Source: Psilocybe cubensis
Taxonomy: Eukaryota
Direction of reading: 5' to 3'
Length of the DNA: 64,000 bases
Assembly: GCA_017499595.2 (NCBI GenBank)
Contig: CM038999.1
Location: 4,216,001 to 4,280,000 of the forward strand
This document shows positions 13,302-27,377 of this stretch, piece by piece (within the stretch, counting starts at the first letter, position 1; every line of letters starts with the position of its first letter). The position numbers and the translations under genes are program-made. The notes beneath the pieces were generated by a model. It saw nothing but the letters and a program-made list of their open reading frames with translations, had not been told where the DNA came from and did no database searches.

Positions 13302-15297
13302 ATGTCAGAACTAGAAGATCCCAACATCGCGACAAAGCTTAATCAATCGTCGAATGGCCTGTTTGCTGGTTGTTATCTTTCAGTCTTGTCAGAACTAGTA
13401 ATCCTTTACTACTGGCCCACTAAAGCTTAGTTCATACAGGCTATATGGTGTAATGGCTCACCAAACATTGGTCTACTTTCAGCACAGCGCCAAGGATCCC
13501 AAACCTATTCGGATTCTGGTTCATATCCCTCCTACTTGTTTCATGTCTTCATTGAATCTGATTTAATTTGGTCCTTCTAGATTTTGGTTATTTGGTATTT
13601 GTTTGTTGCCTATGATGGATCCATACATTTGACCGTCCAGTAACAGGCTTTTGAACACATGTAGCATCGTATTTGAAGGTATTGGATATTACACCACAAT
13701 TCAGCGAGGTATGGCGCAGGGCCCGAAGAGTATATTTGCCGACAATGTGCTATGGTGAGTGTTTCTAATCTGTAGCAAAGACGTTGACCACAACCATGCC
13801 AAAGGGAATTCGGTGTACGCTCCTCACATTGTTCCTTTTGGCAGTACATTAAATTAATTACCTTTTGCCACTTTAACACATAGGTCGCCTTGTATACATC
13901 GGTATGAGTCAATTGTTTGTCTTGGGGTATTATTAGTAATAAAATCATTCAGTCATTGAGTGACCCAATTGTCCGAGGGTCAGGTTTCTTTATTTATCTG
14001 ACATTATTGGCGCTAATATGCAATCTCCAGATTGTACACTTATCATGTCTGGAGGCGTACGTCAATTAGGCTTTCATTATTATCAATGTGCTATATTGAC
14101 CGTTTAAATTCCGCTAGTCAGTGACAAAAACCGCCTACTGGTCTGTATTGTTGTATGTACAACGACTGGTGATAATACCTCGGATCTAGCCTAACGGTAA
14201 TCTGTTTATAAGAGCCTCCCTAACATTGCCGCCCTGATCACGAATCTTTGTATGTAAAATTTAATAACCATTTCTGTACGTTTCTGAAAACTCGCCGTGT
14301 AATTCATTTAGACCTCATTTCGGCGCTGTAAGTGTGTTTATTAAGCGATATTTTGCTGATATGATGTAATGCTCATGACATTTTATGTCCTTTAAAGCTT
14401 CAAATCAAGTGTCGTCAGAGAGCTGGACATGAATGTAAGACAGTTGATAACATACTTTAATACCTCTGATTTATTAATCTGATCCTAGGGTCTAATTTTT
14501 GCCCTCATGATTTTAGTACTTCTAGCCGACTTAGTAATTGCGGCTTCACTATGTATTCTAATTTGGAGAAGTCGGACCCCAAACCCACGGTTTGTGGCAT
14601 GTCTAGACTATTTACATTCTGATTGACTTGACGCCCTTGTAGGACATTCTCTCTCATTAGAACAGTAATATATAATACTGTGACGACAGGTCTTTTCACA
14701 AGCATGGTAACTACTGTGTCTTTGTTACTTGTAAGACTATTTTATAGGTTTTTAATAACTTCTGATACAACCCATGTTATCCCCTAGAAGATATTCATGA
14801 CAGATACAACGGCATTTACGGGTTCATACTTCATAATTAGTATCAGTCAGTTTCCGTCCATTTCTCTGAACAAAGAAAATCTAGTTGATTGCTGTACATA
14901 TATTCCGGGATCCTGCCTCCAGCATATTCGATTGGCCTTCTTGCCTCACTCATTCGCCGAGATAGCATACGAGCTAGACTAGAGGAGGCAGATGGCAGGA
15001 TTAGCTTTCCTTTACAAATCCCGAAGCAAACTGTCGCTACAGGAACCTCTTCCTTCGTACCTATGGACAAAGACAACGGTTTCCCATCTTCCATTGGACA
15101 AATGCACTGCAATCCAGGAGTTGTGGAATATTCAAAGGATATTGAGGGGAAGGAGGCGCAACATTCTCATTTTGTAAGCCATTCCAACGTGAACTATACG
15201 GTACATTTTACTGAAGATCTAATTTTCTTCGCAGGGGGAATTAAGCATTGAAGTATTCGTGGAAGACGAAAAAGACGAAATTAAACGGAGCAAATGA
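13302..15297 (+). CDS. Multi-exon integral membrane protein, DUF6534-like family, paralog 1
   Basis: Short exons with GT-AG introns give MSELEDPNIATKLNQSSNGLFAGCYLSVLLYGVMAHQTLVYF..KDP, later DLVIAASLCILIW and YSIGLLASLIRR. Same exon layout as paralog 2. Confidence 0.75.
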
Positions 15298-16117
15298 TTT
15301 GAGACGTGGGGCAGAACTATAGACTTTTCTTATTGAATTTGGGTTCACTTGTAACACTATGGATTATTACACTCACAAAACCGGTTTGATCTTGAATATA
15401 AATCCAAAAAACTTGTCTGAATTTCATCTGCAAGCTCTTGAGAGTCAAAGGAGTGGTTGAAGTGGTTGAAGTGGTGGTTTACGTTGGTAGCTACTTTAGG
15501 ATGATCCAGAGCGAAATTGAGCTATGAAGGATAATGTGCCGGCACAGAGATATGTGTACAAGCTCGCACATGTCTGCGAAGCAGCTATGAGCCGTCTGAT
15601 TCTAATCTTGGGATGGCTGCTGAAGTCGACTATTTGTGATAGTTGGTGATCTATTTCCGTGACGCTGGGATTGCCATTGGTGGGCCGTTTGCGCCGTTGT
15701 AGAGTCCAATACCCAATGCTTTAGATGAAATCTTAAGTTTGAAGATTAATGTATGGGGTGAGCTATATCACGATATTTAGGACTCCCCAACGGTGCCCCC
15801 TCGGAGCAATGAACCCCACGGTTGAAACGTTGAGGTTACCACAGTAAAGTTCCCACGGTTCACGCCGCGGGTACGGCATATTTCTAATCAAACTCCGCTT
15901 GAACTCAATGACAGTTGACTTGACTTGTTGGCAAACGACAAACGACATCAATGCCTGTTATATTAACCCCTGAAGCTTGAAGATTGTAGCTTGCATCTCC
16001 ACCATCGCTCATGCTCCGCGGGACGTGTTTTCTGCGTGCCATGAGAATGGAAATGGGCCAGCAGGATTCACAGGATTCGGTCCTTGGTGCACTCTTGTGT
16101 AGAACCCCATCTCGCAC

Positions 16118-16365
16118 AGGATGCTCAACACCTTCGAGCAGCTACTGTTGTCCTCGTTGGCACACGAGCGCGCGGGGAGTATGAGGCGAAAGACGGTGGA
16201 TACAATCTGTGACTTTGCGAATCAGGGGAGGACGGTGGGTAGACCTTGACATGCGTTGCTACTGCAGGTGTTTAGTATGACGCATGCGCAGGGGCTTGGC
16301 GTTGAGGAGGGTTCTGGGGGTGTGGGAGGTGGTGCGGTTCCCAGGTTGTGGATGTTGAGGGTCAC
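16118..16365 (+). pseudogene. Decayed fragment of the importin beta-3-like gene (copy of ~21960-22198)
   Basis: Clear nucleotide similarity (LAHERAGS.RRKTVDT..D, MTHAQGLG.EEGSGGVGGGAVP) with an in-frame TGA replacing Trp near 16247. Confidence 0.85.
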
Positions 16366-16959
16366 CAAACACTCGATTCTGTATCGTTCCCAAGACATCA
16401 ATTTTGCAGATGGCTGGAGAGATCCGATTGTTCGAGGTGGTAATGCATATACGTCTGTCATATGGATTTTCTGGAGTAACCCAAAAGTGCAGAGAGCTCT
16501 AACATGCGTATTACACAAACTTTTCTCACTCAAAAAGTAATTTATTCAATGATTTGAGAGGCAAATGGTTCCCACGGATAGCGGCATGGAAATTAATGGC
16601 GCGACAACACCATTAAAACTCTGCGTAACCTGAAACGACTTGACTTCAACTTCCAGTTCACGAACGACACACCACCTCAATACATACATGTCGACTCATG
16701 GCCCCTTTATATGCTTCAAAAAGTACCAGATAGGCTATATTACCAGAGATTAGTATGTTTGAACTATATCTATATCCTGTACCGCGAAAGTGCATATTCC
16801 ACGCTACTCTGCCACGTAACTCCCTTTTGCAGAGCATCCCGGCAATATATCTGACCTCCCCTCTCTCGTCTGGAGTCACCGACGCCGTTGACGGTGGTTA
16901 TTCACTGTATTCAATGCATTACATGGGTTCTCCGCGCAGCACATCTCTCATCCGCCCCA

Positions 16960-17460
16960 GATGCCAAATAGCTGGCCCAATCCATTTCCCTCCTACCATT
17001 AATCAAAACCCTATCAGGAACCACGCAAACAGATCTACCTCTACATACTTTTCTACCCTCCTACTCCCAACCGCTGAACCCCGCTTGCAAGTACACATCC
17101 CATCCTTTTATGGTCGCGCTTCCAGAGTTTCATTCTGCGTCCTGTGTACTGTGGGCCAATACCGACTATTGGGTGTCCGTTTACCGTAAGCGGTGGCGGG
17201 AGTAGGGGAAAGACGAATGGGAGTGGGAGCGAGAGTGGGGGCGCAATTGGGAGACAGGGTGAAGTGCTAGTACGACGAGCGCTCCATGGTCTTTCTCTCC
17301 GCTGCGAAATTTATGAACCAGCTGTCCGACGCCAAATTGCATGTCGGGAGAAAGTCATTGGACAGCCGTAGATCGTGCATTCTTGGAGGGAATAGGGGAG
17401 CTTGAACACGATGCAGAGTTTTCGTGGAATGGTGGGGGGTGGATGTGAGTGCCAACTACG
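16960..17460 (+). pseudogene. Second decayed importin fragment (copy of parts of ~22455-23215)
   Basis: Degenerate matches such as TGTGGGCCAATACCGACTATTGGG vs TGTGGGCCGACGCCGACTGTTGGG, GACGAGCG, and GGATGTGAGT. Multiple indels. Confidence 0.65.
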
Positions 17461-18586
17461 TGTGATATCAGCAAACATACGGCGTGCGTACCTCCGTAAT
17501 GGATGAGAAGTGTCAGGCGTCAGACACTGGTTGTATATTGCTGGACGCAGGGCACTCTGTCCGTGCCCGCGTGTGAGGTGTGTTTTATTTTGTCTGTAGT
17601 TGATTCGACTTTCGCACCCTCCCACCTTCATGCCATACAGGCCTGCTCCAATACGGCTTTGTTCTGCAGTAAACAGAACGGGCGCTGACCGCACGGCCAA
17701 ACTGTGTCCCATTAGCTCAGCACATACATCAACACCGAGTTGGCAACGATGTCGCGGCTTCATGCTATGGCCAACAGACGCAAGACGTGCACCGCAGGTG
17801 TAAGAGCCAGTACCGCGCATATAGGTGTTAGCATGAGCAGTAAGCTTTCCATGTACGAGAGATTTGGGGCTCAATATGCACGGTAGTGATGAGGATGGTG
17901 ACTCGCAACTTGCCCCCAAACCCTGCAGCACTGTCAGTCTAAAAGTAATCTGTAACATAATTATTTGTTCTCACTCCACTCCATGTTGAGAGACAAGATT
18001 ACTACATTTGTTGAAAAGAGCAGCATGAATAGGTAGCGCTATCATGATTATGTCTATTTTGCTCTGATTTTTTGTTGCAGCAATGGGAAAAGCTTCTTTG
18101 ATGATGAAACTCTCTCTTTTTCATGACGGCGTGTGAACACAAACCTTGTGAAAGACGATAGAAAATCTATGCCGGTCCGGCTTGTCCATGCTACAGCTTC
18201 TAGGCATTCAGGTGAGTAGGCCGTGCAGATTGCGCATGGAATTCATCACAACGTGATGCTTTCGGATGCTATACTACTAGACAGGGAAGCGTTCTAAATC
18301 GACGCTGGGTAGACATTAAATTTTGGAGACATGGTCACCAAGACATGCAGATACAGATACAGTCAAATCTGCAAAAAATGTCAGAAATTGTCTATACACC
18401 TGAATTCATGAGTGTTGTAGTCTATGGCTATAGTGTTGGGGTGTCCTTTGGGTCTATAAAGAGATAACATCAAAATGTGATGCTTCTCGTCCTATGTGGA
18501 GAATGATATGATCACTTCTTATCTATTGATTCATTCTTGTTGTGGAATATAAAGAGATTTTGTTCATTTCGATTTCACTGACACCA

Positions 18587-20569
18587 ATGGCGGAACTAGC
18601 AGACCCCAACTTGGCCACACAACTTAATCAATCGTATAATGGCCTCTTTGCTGGATGTTACCTTGCGGTTCTGTGAGTAAATGCTGTTTCACTCATTCGT
18701 AATGTACGGACAATTGAACCCTATTCCATGATATAGGCTGTATGGTGTGATGTCCCACCAAACATTGGTGTACTTTGAGCAAAGCACCAAGGATCCCAAA
18801 CCTATTCGGATTCTAGTGGGCATTCTATCTTTTACTTTATATCTTTGTTGAACCGCCCTAAACCTTCCCTTTTAGATTTTTGTTATTTGGTATATATTGA
18901 ATGATTGAAACCAGTCATAATATTGACCATTAATGTCAGGACCTTGAGCACATTAACCATCATCTTTGAAGGAATGGGTTTTCACACCGTAGTTCAGCGG
19001 GCTCTCGCAGGGGGGCCTCAGAGTCTATTTTTAGACAACTTCTCTTGGTGAGTGTCCTTCGCCGTAAGCAGAGTTGTTGACCGGAACCATCTCAAAGGCA
19101 AATTGCTGTAAGCTCCGCATTTTCATAATTCTACGCCGTTTAAATTTACCATCTTACCAATGCCATCGCAGGTTGGCTTGTATACTTGGGTATTGTTTAA
19201 TTGCACGATTGACGCATTCCCACTGATAAACTTTTTAGTCAATGACTGATCCCATTATTCGAGGGTTAGTTTGCTTCGTTTATCTGATATTGTTTCATTA
19301 ATATTCACTCTTTAGACTCTACATCTATCGGGTATGGAAGCGTATGTACATCATGCATATACCTGCTGTCATAGTGGTCATATTGATTGTTAATTATTGA
19401 TAGTCAGTGACAGAAACCGTCTGCTGGTCATCATCGTGGTATGTGAAAGAGTTTGTGACCCCATTCAGCATTCAGATTTAACTGTTATCCGCTATAAGAG
19501 CCTCCCTAACGTTGGCGCCTTCATCACCAATATCTGTACGTATCATCTAATAATTTGCTTTTGAGCGTTCGCAGAAATTCACCTTACAGTTTCATCCAGA
19601 TCTGGTTACTGTCTTGTATGTACATTCTAGAGCGAAGCTGCATCGCCGTGATTCAAGGCTTATAATGTTGCTTTCAGCTTCAAATCAGATGTGCTCCAAG
19701 ATATTGCGATGAATGTACGAAGTTTTAATAGATAACGCAATGCGTCTGACTCCTCACCTGGGTCCAGGGTATAACTTATGCCATGCTTGTTCTGGTACTT
19801 CTAGCAGACTTAGTAATTGCCGCTTCGCTATGCATTCTGCTTTGGAGAAAGAGGACTATAGTTCCACGGTGTGTTGCATTATAATACCTATAATATCTAC
19901 AAATTGACAAGGAACTGACGGACGTGTAGGACTTCTTCCCTCATCCGAACGTTAATATATAATACTTTGACAACGGGGATTTTCACAAGTATCATAGTGA
20001 TCATATCTCTGATTCTTGTAAGGTCTTTGTATACTCTTTATGAAGTCGTCATATAACTGGGACCTTTTTAGAAAAAAGTTATGCCCGATTCTTTTGCATA
20101 TGCGGGTTCATACTTCATAATCAATAACAGTCAGTCCTTTCAACTTCTATGAGTCAGCAAAATCTTATTCAGTGGGGGAATATACCCCGGAAAACTCTCC
20201 AAAAGCATATTCCATTGGCCTCCTAGCATCTTTGACTCGTCGTGACAAGATGCATCCCAGATCACACGAGTCTCGCGGAGCGATCACATTTTCTCAAGAA
20301 ATCTCCAAAGAAGCAGTGTTGTCAGGCACTTCCTTCGTGCGCACGGATAAAGACAATTCTCTCCGGTATCCCATTGTAGAAGTGTACCGATCCCCTGACG
20401 TGGTGAACTATTCAGTAGATGTTGAAGCGGATCAAGCACAATATTCGCATTTTGTAAGTCGTCCTCGGGCACTGTGAGGGACAATCTATTGATGATATAT
20501 TTTCTTTACAAGGGGAAAGTGGATATTAAAGTGGTAACGGAAGTGGAAACTGATAATAGTACACGGTAA
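18587..20569 (+). CDS. Multi-exon integral membrane protein, DUF6534-like family, paralog 2
   Basis: MAELADPNLATQLNQSYNGLFAGCYLAVLLYGVMSHQTLVYF..., exon-by-exon similarity to 13302-15297. Confidence 0.75.
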
Positions 20570-21164
20570 CTATAGCTTAACTGGATTCTGTCCAGCAGTT
20601 CAGATGGAAAGAAGCGACGGGGCAAAAGAGGAGAATTGTAGCTGCTGTAGGCGAGTTTGAATAAATTGTAGGAAAAAAGAATCATTTAAATACAAATCCT
20701 TGGATATCAATTCGTGGAATTACCTATACTTACCGAAGGTAAATATTCAAGTCAATCCTGCTCAAGAGTCAAATGCCGGGAAACAGCGTGACCTGGAGCC
20801 GCGTATTTCGAACTCCGCGCTGGAGCCCACAGCTCACACATCCCGTATCCGTCCTTTTGCCAACCTCCAACGGGTCGTCCTTCTCGTGCTTAAAGCTTAA
20901 TCGATGATTGAAATCACCAACCTTTACGTTCACTTTCACCACCTTTGACCTTTTCATGTGCCCTTCCTCTTCATCCGCATATACTTCTCCTATACCCGTT
21001 CCAGATGTTATCCAGGCTGATTTACACGTTGACCGCACTTGCGAGCGCATATCCTCGATAATGCTTAACCCGAGTTTGATGTTGCATCCTGTGGATTGCA
21101 GGCCCTTGCCAGTAATTGGGAAGCCGCTTCCTGTTTGATGAAGTTGTGGAAAGGTGAATGAGCA

Positions 21165-21388
21165 TGGAATGCTTCTTCTTGCTCGTCCTCGTCCGCCTCC
21201 TCTTCCGGCCGGCTCCAATACGCACAGGAAACAAGTGTAGCTCGCCTGTCCCCGAGTTCAACATTTACCAGCCATCGCAACAGCAACACATGCCCTCACA
21301 CGCCACACACGCGAACCGCTCCTCGTTGTATGACCAGCTTTTACACCAGGCATTCAACCGCAGGGGTTTGGAGGTGAGGAGGGCTCAG
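21165..21388 (+). pseudogene. Third importin fragment (copy of exon 3 pieces ~21745-21960 and ~22134-22156) directly upstream of the importin ATG
   Basis: LV.RLLFRPAP...QQQHMPSHATHANRSSLYD is nearly identical to the exon at 21745-21960, followed by GGAGGTGAGGAGGGCTCAG. Confidence 0.8.
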
Positions 21389-21402
21389 ACCGACGACTGA
21401 CG

Positions 21403-24400
21403 ATGGAATCTGTCGTCCCGCCCCAGATAACCGCCGAGCTGACGCAGATCCTGTCCAATCTCATCCTGGGTGATAATGACATCCGTGCCAGGTGTGTCTT
21501 AGCCTCCCCCCTTCCTTATATCTCTTCTTCTCAACGTGGTTGACTGGGGTGGAATAAAGCGCAGAGATAGCCGTCAACGAGCGTCTGACACATACACCCG
21601 ACCTGTACCTGCTCGCCCTTGCCCAGTTCGCGATCACGGCGGACACAGAAGTGGTCAGTACCCTGCCTTGCTCTCATACCCTACACTGTCTGATCTAAGG
21701 GATAACATCCATCTATCTTTCCATGTACCCAACTATCTATCCAGATGCGCTCGTTTTCGCTTGTTCTCCTCCGCCGCCTCCTCTTCCGCCCGGCCCCCGT
21801 ACTCACAGCGAACAACGGCGGCCCGCCCGCCCCCGGCTCCGACATCCACCAACAACTGCAACAACAACAGCACCATCTACAGCAGCAGCAACAGCAGCAC
21901 ATACCCTCGCATGCCACACACGCGAACCGTTCCTCGCTGTATGACCACCTCTCGCACCAGACGCTCAATACCCTGGAACGGCTGCTTTTATTCTCATTGG
22001 CGCACGAGCGCGCGGGGAGTGTGAGGCGGAAGACGGTGGATACGGTGTGTGATGTCGCGAATCAGGGGATGGCGAGGGGTAGACCGTGGCATGCGTTGCA
22101 GGCGCAGGCGTTTAGTATGACGCATGCGCAAGGGCTTGGAGGTGAGGAGGGCTCAGGCGGTGTGGGTGGTGGTGCGGTGCCCGGGTGGATGTTGAGGGAG
22201 AGCGCGTATAGAGTTTTTGCAGGATGTCCGAGCCTTGTGATGGACCTCCAGATCGATGCCGTGCTCGGTGTGTTCCAGCGCGGCTTGCAGGATCCTGAGG
22301 ATATTGAGGTGCGTCTGCTTTCCATTATAAATTCAGTACGACGGTGCTGACAGCTGGGTTCTTGATGGTTTATACAATGTATGGTATTGAATAGGTTCGC
22401 CATGCAGCGCTCCTGGCGTCCGTCGCGTTCCTCTCCTCGGCAGACGCCACCCAACTCGCCCAGTCCATTTCCCTACTCTCACCAATGCTCGACACCCTCC
22501 CAGCCCTCTCCAACGCGCTCTCACATCCACCATTACACGCTCCCCTCCCTCCCCCGACAACATCTTCCTCTACATACACCTACGCACCCTCACGACCAAA
22601 AACGTCCAACTACCACTACCTATCCACCTTCCTCTCGACGCTCACCCCGCTCGCGAGCACACATCCTATACTCTTCGCACCGCATTTGCAGACGCTTCTG
22701 ACGTTCCTGCCGAGTTTGATTTTGCCCCCGGTGGATTGTGGGCCGACGCCGACTGTTGGGCGGCCGTTTCCTGTCGGTGGTGGGGGCAAGGTAAATGGGA
22801 ATGGGAATGGGAGGCAGGGTGCATTTTTGTTTCCGCCTGTGCCGGGAGGAGGAGGGGGGATGCGTTTGGACGATGACGATGGTGATGGTGGAGGTGGGTC
22901 GCATGGTTCAACGCAGAACGGACATCTTTCCTCCTCTTCTTCCTCGTTATCCAATTCTTCCTCTTCTCCCTCCTACAACAATGATCATGATCATGATCAC
23001 GACCACGACGCAGAAGACGACGACGACGCGTCGCATGACGAGCGGTCTACTCTCCGGTTCTCAGCGTTGGAATTCATGATCTCGCTTTCGGAGGCGAGAC
23101 CGAATATGGTGAGGAAGGTGGTTGGGTGGACAGAGGTGATTGTGCGTGCGTGTTTGGAGGGCATGGGCGAGCTTGAGGAGGATGGGGATGTGGGGGAGTG
23201 GTTGAGGGAGGATGTGAGTTTTTTTTTCTCTTTTCTTTCTTTTTCTTGCCTTTTTTCGGGTTGTGTTTTTTGGGTTGGTTCTTTCTTGAGAGGACGGGTG
23301 GGTAGCACACTAAGTTTTGTGTGTTTTTGCGAGTGATGTTTTTTATGGTGGTGGGGTAGTGATTGTGATGATCGTGATTCTGATTGCTGGTGTGATGGAC
23401 AAGGGGTAACGGGTGATGGGTTATGGGTGATGGGTGATGATGATTGGAAGGTGATATATGATGATAGTCGTGTTAAGATGGTGGTGGTGGGTGTTGAAAG
23501 TCAAGATGCGATGGGATGCAAATCGTGGGGGTGGGGTGGGGTATTGACGTTTAGCTTAGCGGCTGACGTGCGGGTTATATGGGTATTGGATGGACGGAAG
23601 GACAGGGACTGAGCCGCAGAGCCGCAGAGCCGTAGAGAAGGGGCAGAGTTTTTACCCTGGTCTGACTTCTTGCGATTTTTTTGATTTGATTTTTTGATTT
23701 TTTTTCTTATGTTGGCTGTTTTTGTTTTGATGTGGATGTGGACGGGTGTTGTGGATAGGTGTTGTGCTTGTGCTCAAACTTGATTTGTCGGTGTATGTGT
23801 TTGGCGTGGTCGGGGGTGGGTGGGGCCTGGATTTGGAAAAGAGATTGGAGGTGTGGACAGATAAATGGAAAGCTGGATAGATGTGACATACGGAGTAGGG
23901 GTTGGGTAGATGGTTTGACGGAATAATTGCGGTAATGGATAATGTACTTGCGAATCGGAAGTGGTGTTTTGATTTTTTTTTTTCTATTCGTCTAAGCTAC
24001 TTGTTTTTTCGTTTCTTTTCTTTTAAATTCCCTTTTTTACCTCTCTGGGAACGTTTTTACTGATTCGATTTTTGACAGCCCTCGACTGCTTCGAGTTCAG
24101 CAGAAACAGATGCGCCGCCTGCGTTGTATGAGCAGAGTTTGGATCGGCTCGCGTGTGCGATGGGTGGACGCGCGATTTTGCCACCTGCGTTCCAGGTGCG
24201 CCGTACTTCTTGATTTTTCGCTTTTTTGCGTGTTTTAACTGCTTTTATATTCGTTCTTTGGGTTGTACAGTACATTCCATCGATGATGGCGAGCTATGAT
24301 TGGCGTGTGAGGCATGCTGGGTTGATGGCGATCGCTGCTATTGGGGAAGGGATAGGCAAGGTACGTTTGTGCAGCTACATTTTTTACGTTATCTCACTGT

Positions 24401-26439
24401 ACTGAATTGTCTTAATAACGTTCTTGTAGGTTATGCAAAAGGAACTGGAGAAGATCGTCGAGTGTGTTGAAATCTTATGTTTTGGTTAGCTGGTCAGAGC
24501 TGATGATGTGTGGTGTAGCCTTGTGACGCCCATGTTTAACGATTCACATCCTCGCGTCCGGTATGCGGCGTGCCAGTGTATGTAAGTTTTTGATTTCGCT
24601 TGTGTTGACTCTTTAGCAGTGTCTTGGTGCATACCGCGTCGGTTTTTTCTTTTGATATATTTCCAGACTGCCGACGTTGACGTTGACTGACTGATTTTAC
24701 CATGTAGAGGGCAGCTGTGTACAGATCTCGAGGTACGCTCGACTCCGTTTATAAGAATTAACCGTAGGAGATTCTGATATCGCCACACGTCCAGGAAATC
24801 ATCCAACACCGCTTCCACCGCCAACTCTTCGCTGTCCTCATCCCCGCCCTCGAAGATCCCGAACCACGAGTCCACGCGCACGCCGCATCGGCGCTTATCA
24901 ACTTCTGCGAGGGCGTCGAGCGTGATACCCTCCTTCCCTATCTCGACCCGATTGTCGAGCGGCTGCTGAAGTTGTTGAATCCGGGCGGTGACCAGACGCA
25001 GGTGAGGCGGTATGTACAGGAGCAGGCGATCACGACGCTTGCGATGGTTGCGGATGCGAGTGAGGTTACGTTTGGAAAGGTCCGTTTTGTTTGTGCAAAG
25101 CATTGTGATTTCTGTCTGATTTTAGTTACCCCCTGGATGTGTGCTAGCATTATCCAACGATTATGCCGCTTTTGTTGAATGTACTTCGGAATGCAGAAGG
25201 CCCGGATTATAGAAAGTTGCGGGTGAAGGCTATGGAGTGTGCTGGGTTGATTGGTGCGTATTGCTTAATTTAAAGTGTTGATTAAGTATCTGACAATGTT
25301 TTGAAAAGCCATCGCTGTTGGACCTGATGTGTTCAGGCCCGACTCGAAGACGCTCGTTGAGCTGCTAATGCATATTCAGCGTGAGTTTCATATCACGTTC
25401 AGCACTGGTATCTTTCTCATTTATTTCTCAGAGGGACCTCATGATCCCAATGATAATCAAGTAGGACACTACTTGATTGCGACGTGGGCTAAGGTGTGCC
25501 AGGCTCTAGGTCCAGAGTTTGAGCCGTACCTAGCTCTCGTGATGCCCTCGCTGCTTGCGACGGCTGGTGCAAAAGCAGATTTATCGCTATACAGTACGTA
25601 GTCCTTTCCCTTTCCCATGTATATTCTATTAACCTGACATCTCAATGTAGACGACGAGGATGAATATAGTGACGAACGTGACGGGTGGGAGACCATCGTG
25701 ATGGACGGGCAGACGTACGCGTCCGCACGTCCGCGATGGATGAAAAGTGTCAGGCATTCGAAACACTTGTGATATATTGCTCGACACTGGGTCCGCGTTT
25801 CGCCCCGTTTTTGGGCCCCACACTCGAGGTGACGCTTCCGTGTTTGAGGTTTTACTTCCATGAAGGGGTTCGTGAGGCGTGTGTGATGTGAGTTTTGCTT
25901 CGCCTATAGTTTTTTTGCTTTGCTCAGTCTCCATCTTCACCTCATACAGGCTGGTCCCGATGCTTCTTGCGTGCGGCAAGCAGAGTGGTACCCTCACGAA
26001 TCAGATGGTAGCCACTGTCTTCCATCAGCTCATCACCTGCATCAACACCGAGCATGACGCGACCTTCCTCGCCTCGCTGTACAAATACTTTTCCGAATCC
26101 CTACGCGTGATCGGGGGACCCGAGGCGCTCTCGCAGCAGTTCCACGAAGCGGTGATGGAGGCAACGAAACGACAACTACACTCGATGGCCGACAGACGCA
26201 AAGCGCGCGCTGCACGCGTTAATGGCACTGGCGGACCCATGAGCATGAGCATGGGGATGGGCGACTACGACCGCGATGAGATGGCGCTCGTAGAGGAAAT
26301 TGAAGATTTCGCGCTGGAGGATATGGGCAAGATGTTGATGTGCTTTGACCCGAACCATCCGCTACTTGTGGCTGTTGCGGGTGTGAGGGACTTAGGGTTC
26401 AATACGTATGATAGTGATGAGGATGGTGAGGAGGAGTGA
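21403..26439 (+). CDS. Importin beta-3 family (Kap121/Pse1/importin-5-like) HEAT-repeat karyopherin; multi-exon, with an apparent 1-bp frameshift near 25719
   Basis: MESVVPPQITAELTQILSNLILGDN; YEQSLDRLACAMGG; W..RHAGLMAIAAIGEG; D.HPRVRYAACQ; EPRVHAHAASALINFCEG; VQEQAITTLAMVAD; KAMECAGLI; LRFYFHEGVREA. Confidence 0.88.
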
Positions 26440-27217
26440 GAGTTTTTGATTTGGTTAATGTGATGGTCATCTGATTGATGAAAACTTGTGTATTTGTGGT
26501 GCTGTGGGAGGAGGGTGAAGTGAGATGAGATGATGTATCCGTGGAGACACAAATTTCCGTCTTTCTCATTTTTCCACTGATTCTTGGTTATCCCTATTTA
26601 CTATTCTTTACATGAGCGTTGGAGACTTTCTGACCGAAATCGGTTTCTTTTCTTACGCGATACTAGTGACCTCTTGATCAAAGTTGGTTCATTTACGGGA
26701 CAGATCTTATTTACCATCTTATATTCTATTTTGACTTAACTGGCTTTCTCACTACGTTCTATCATATCAACCAATCACAATATTTTCCCGTCTTCTCTGT
26801 TGGCTTGCTGTTGGATATCATTAGATCATCAACTACTTAGATATATTCATACCATGTTCGGCAGGGAGAATTACTGTTGTTTCATTTGACTGTTAGACGC
26901 TGTTAACTCGATAATCTATCCCTAAGGCGAAAGGACGACACATTGAATGTGGAACTGATAGTCTGCTATCGAATCTGTCATCCGCGGTCATGCCTGAAGC
27001 TTCAGTGCCTTAGAGGTCTCACTGCAATGCCAAACATCCCATGGCTGTCAGAATCCAAAAACTGATGTTATATTCCTGTCATTCCGCGGTCGGGTCTAAT
27101 CAGGATTCCAATTTAATTCTTCTTACGCAAGCGATGATACTGTTCATAAAATCCAGAGTATAAAACGCAATAGTTGTCTAAGTCTCACGGACGTCTCTGT
27201 TTCGACCTTCACAAGCA

Positions 27218-27377
27218 ATGTCAGTAATCGAGGGCTCTAACGTACTTGTCAAGCTTCGCCAGTCGTATAATGGCCTCTATGCGGGGTGCTACGTATCTGT
27301 CATGTCAGTTACACTGCTGGTTATCTCTGCTTTCACGGCTGGCCTCACTCTCACTCTCACTCCAGGCTTTACGGGGT
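27218..27377 (+). pseudogene. DUF6534-like paralog 3, truncated 12 nt into exon 2 by telomeric repeats
   Basis: Exon 1 MSVIEGSNVLVKLRQSYNGLYAGCYVSVM, intron 27304-27365, exon 2 start LYGV (as in both paralogs), then TTTAGGG repeats. Confidence 0.85.

Noticed and set aside
20769-21218. 149 aa minus-strand ORF with VKVGDF, kinase-like at a glance
   Set aside because: No other kinase motifs, and it partly overlaps the importin fragment in antisense.
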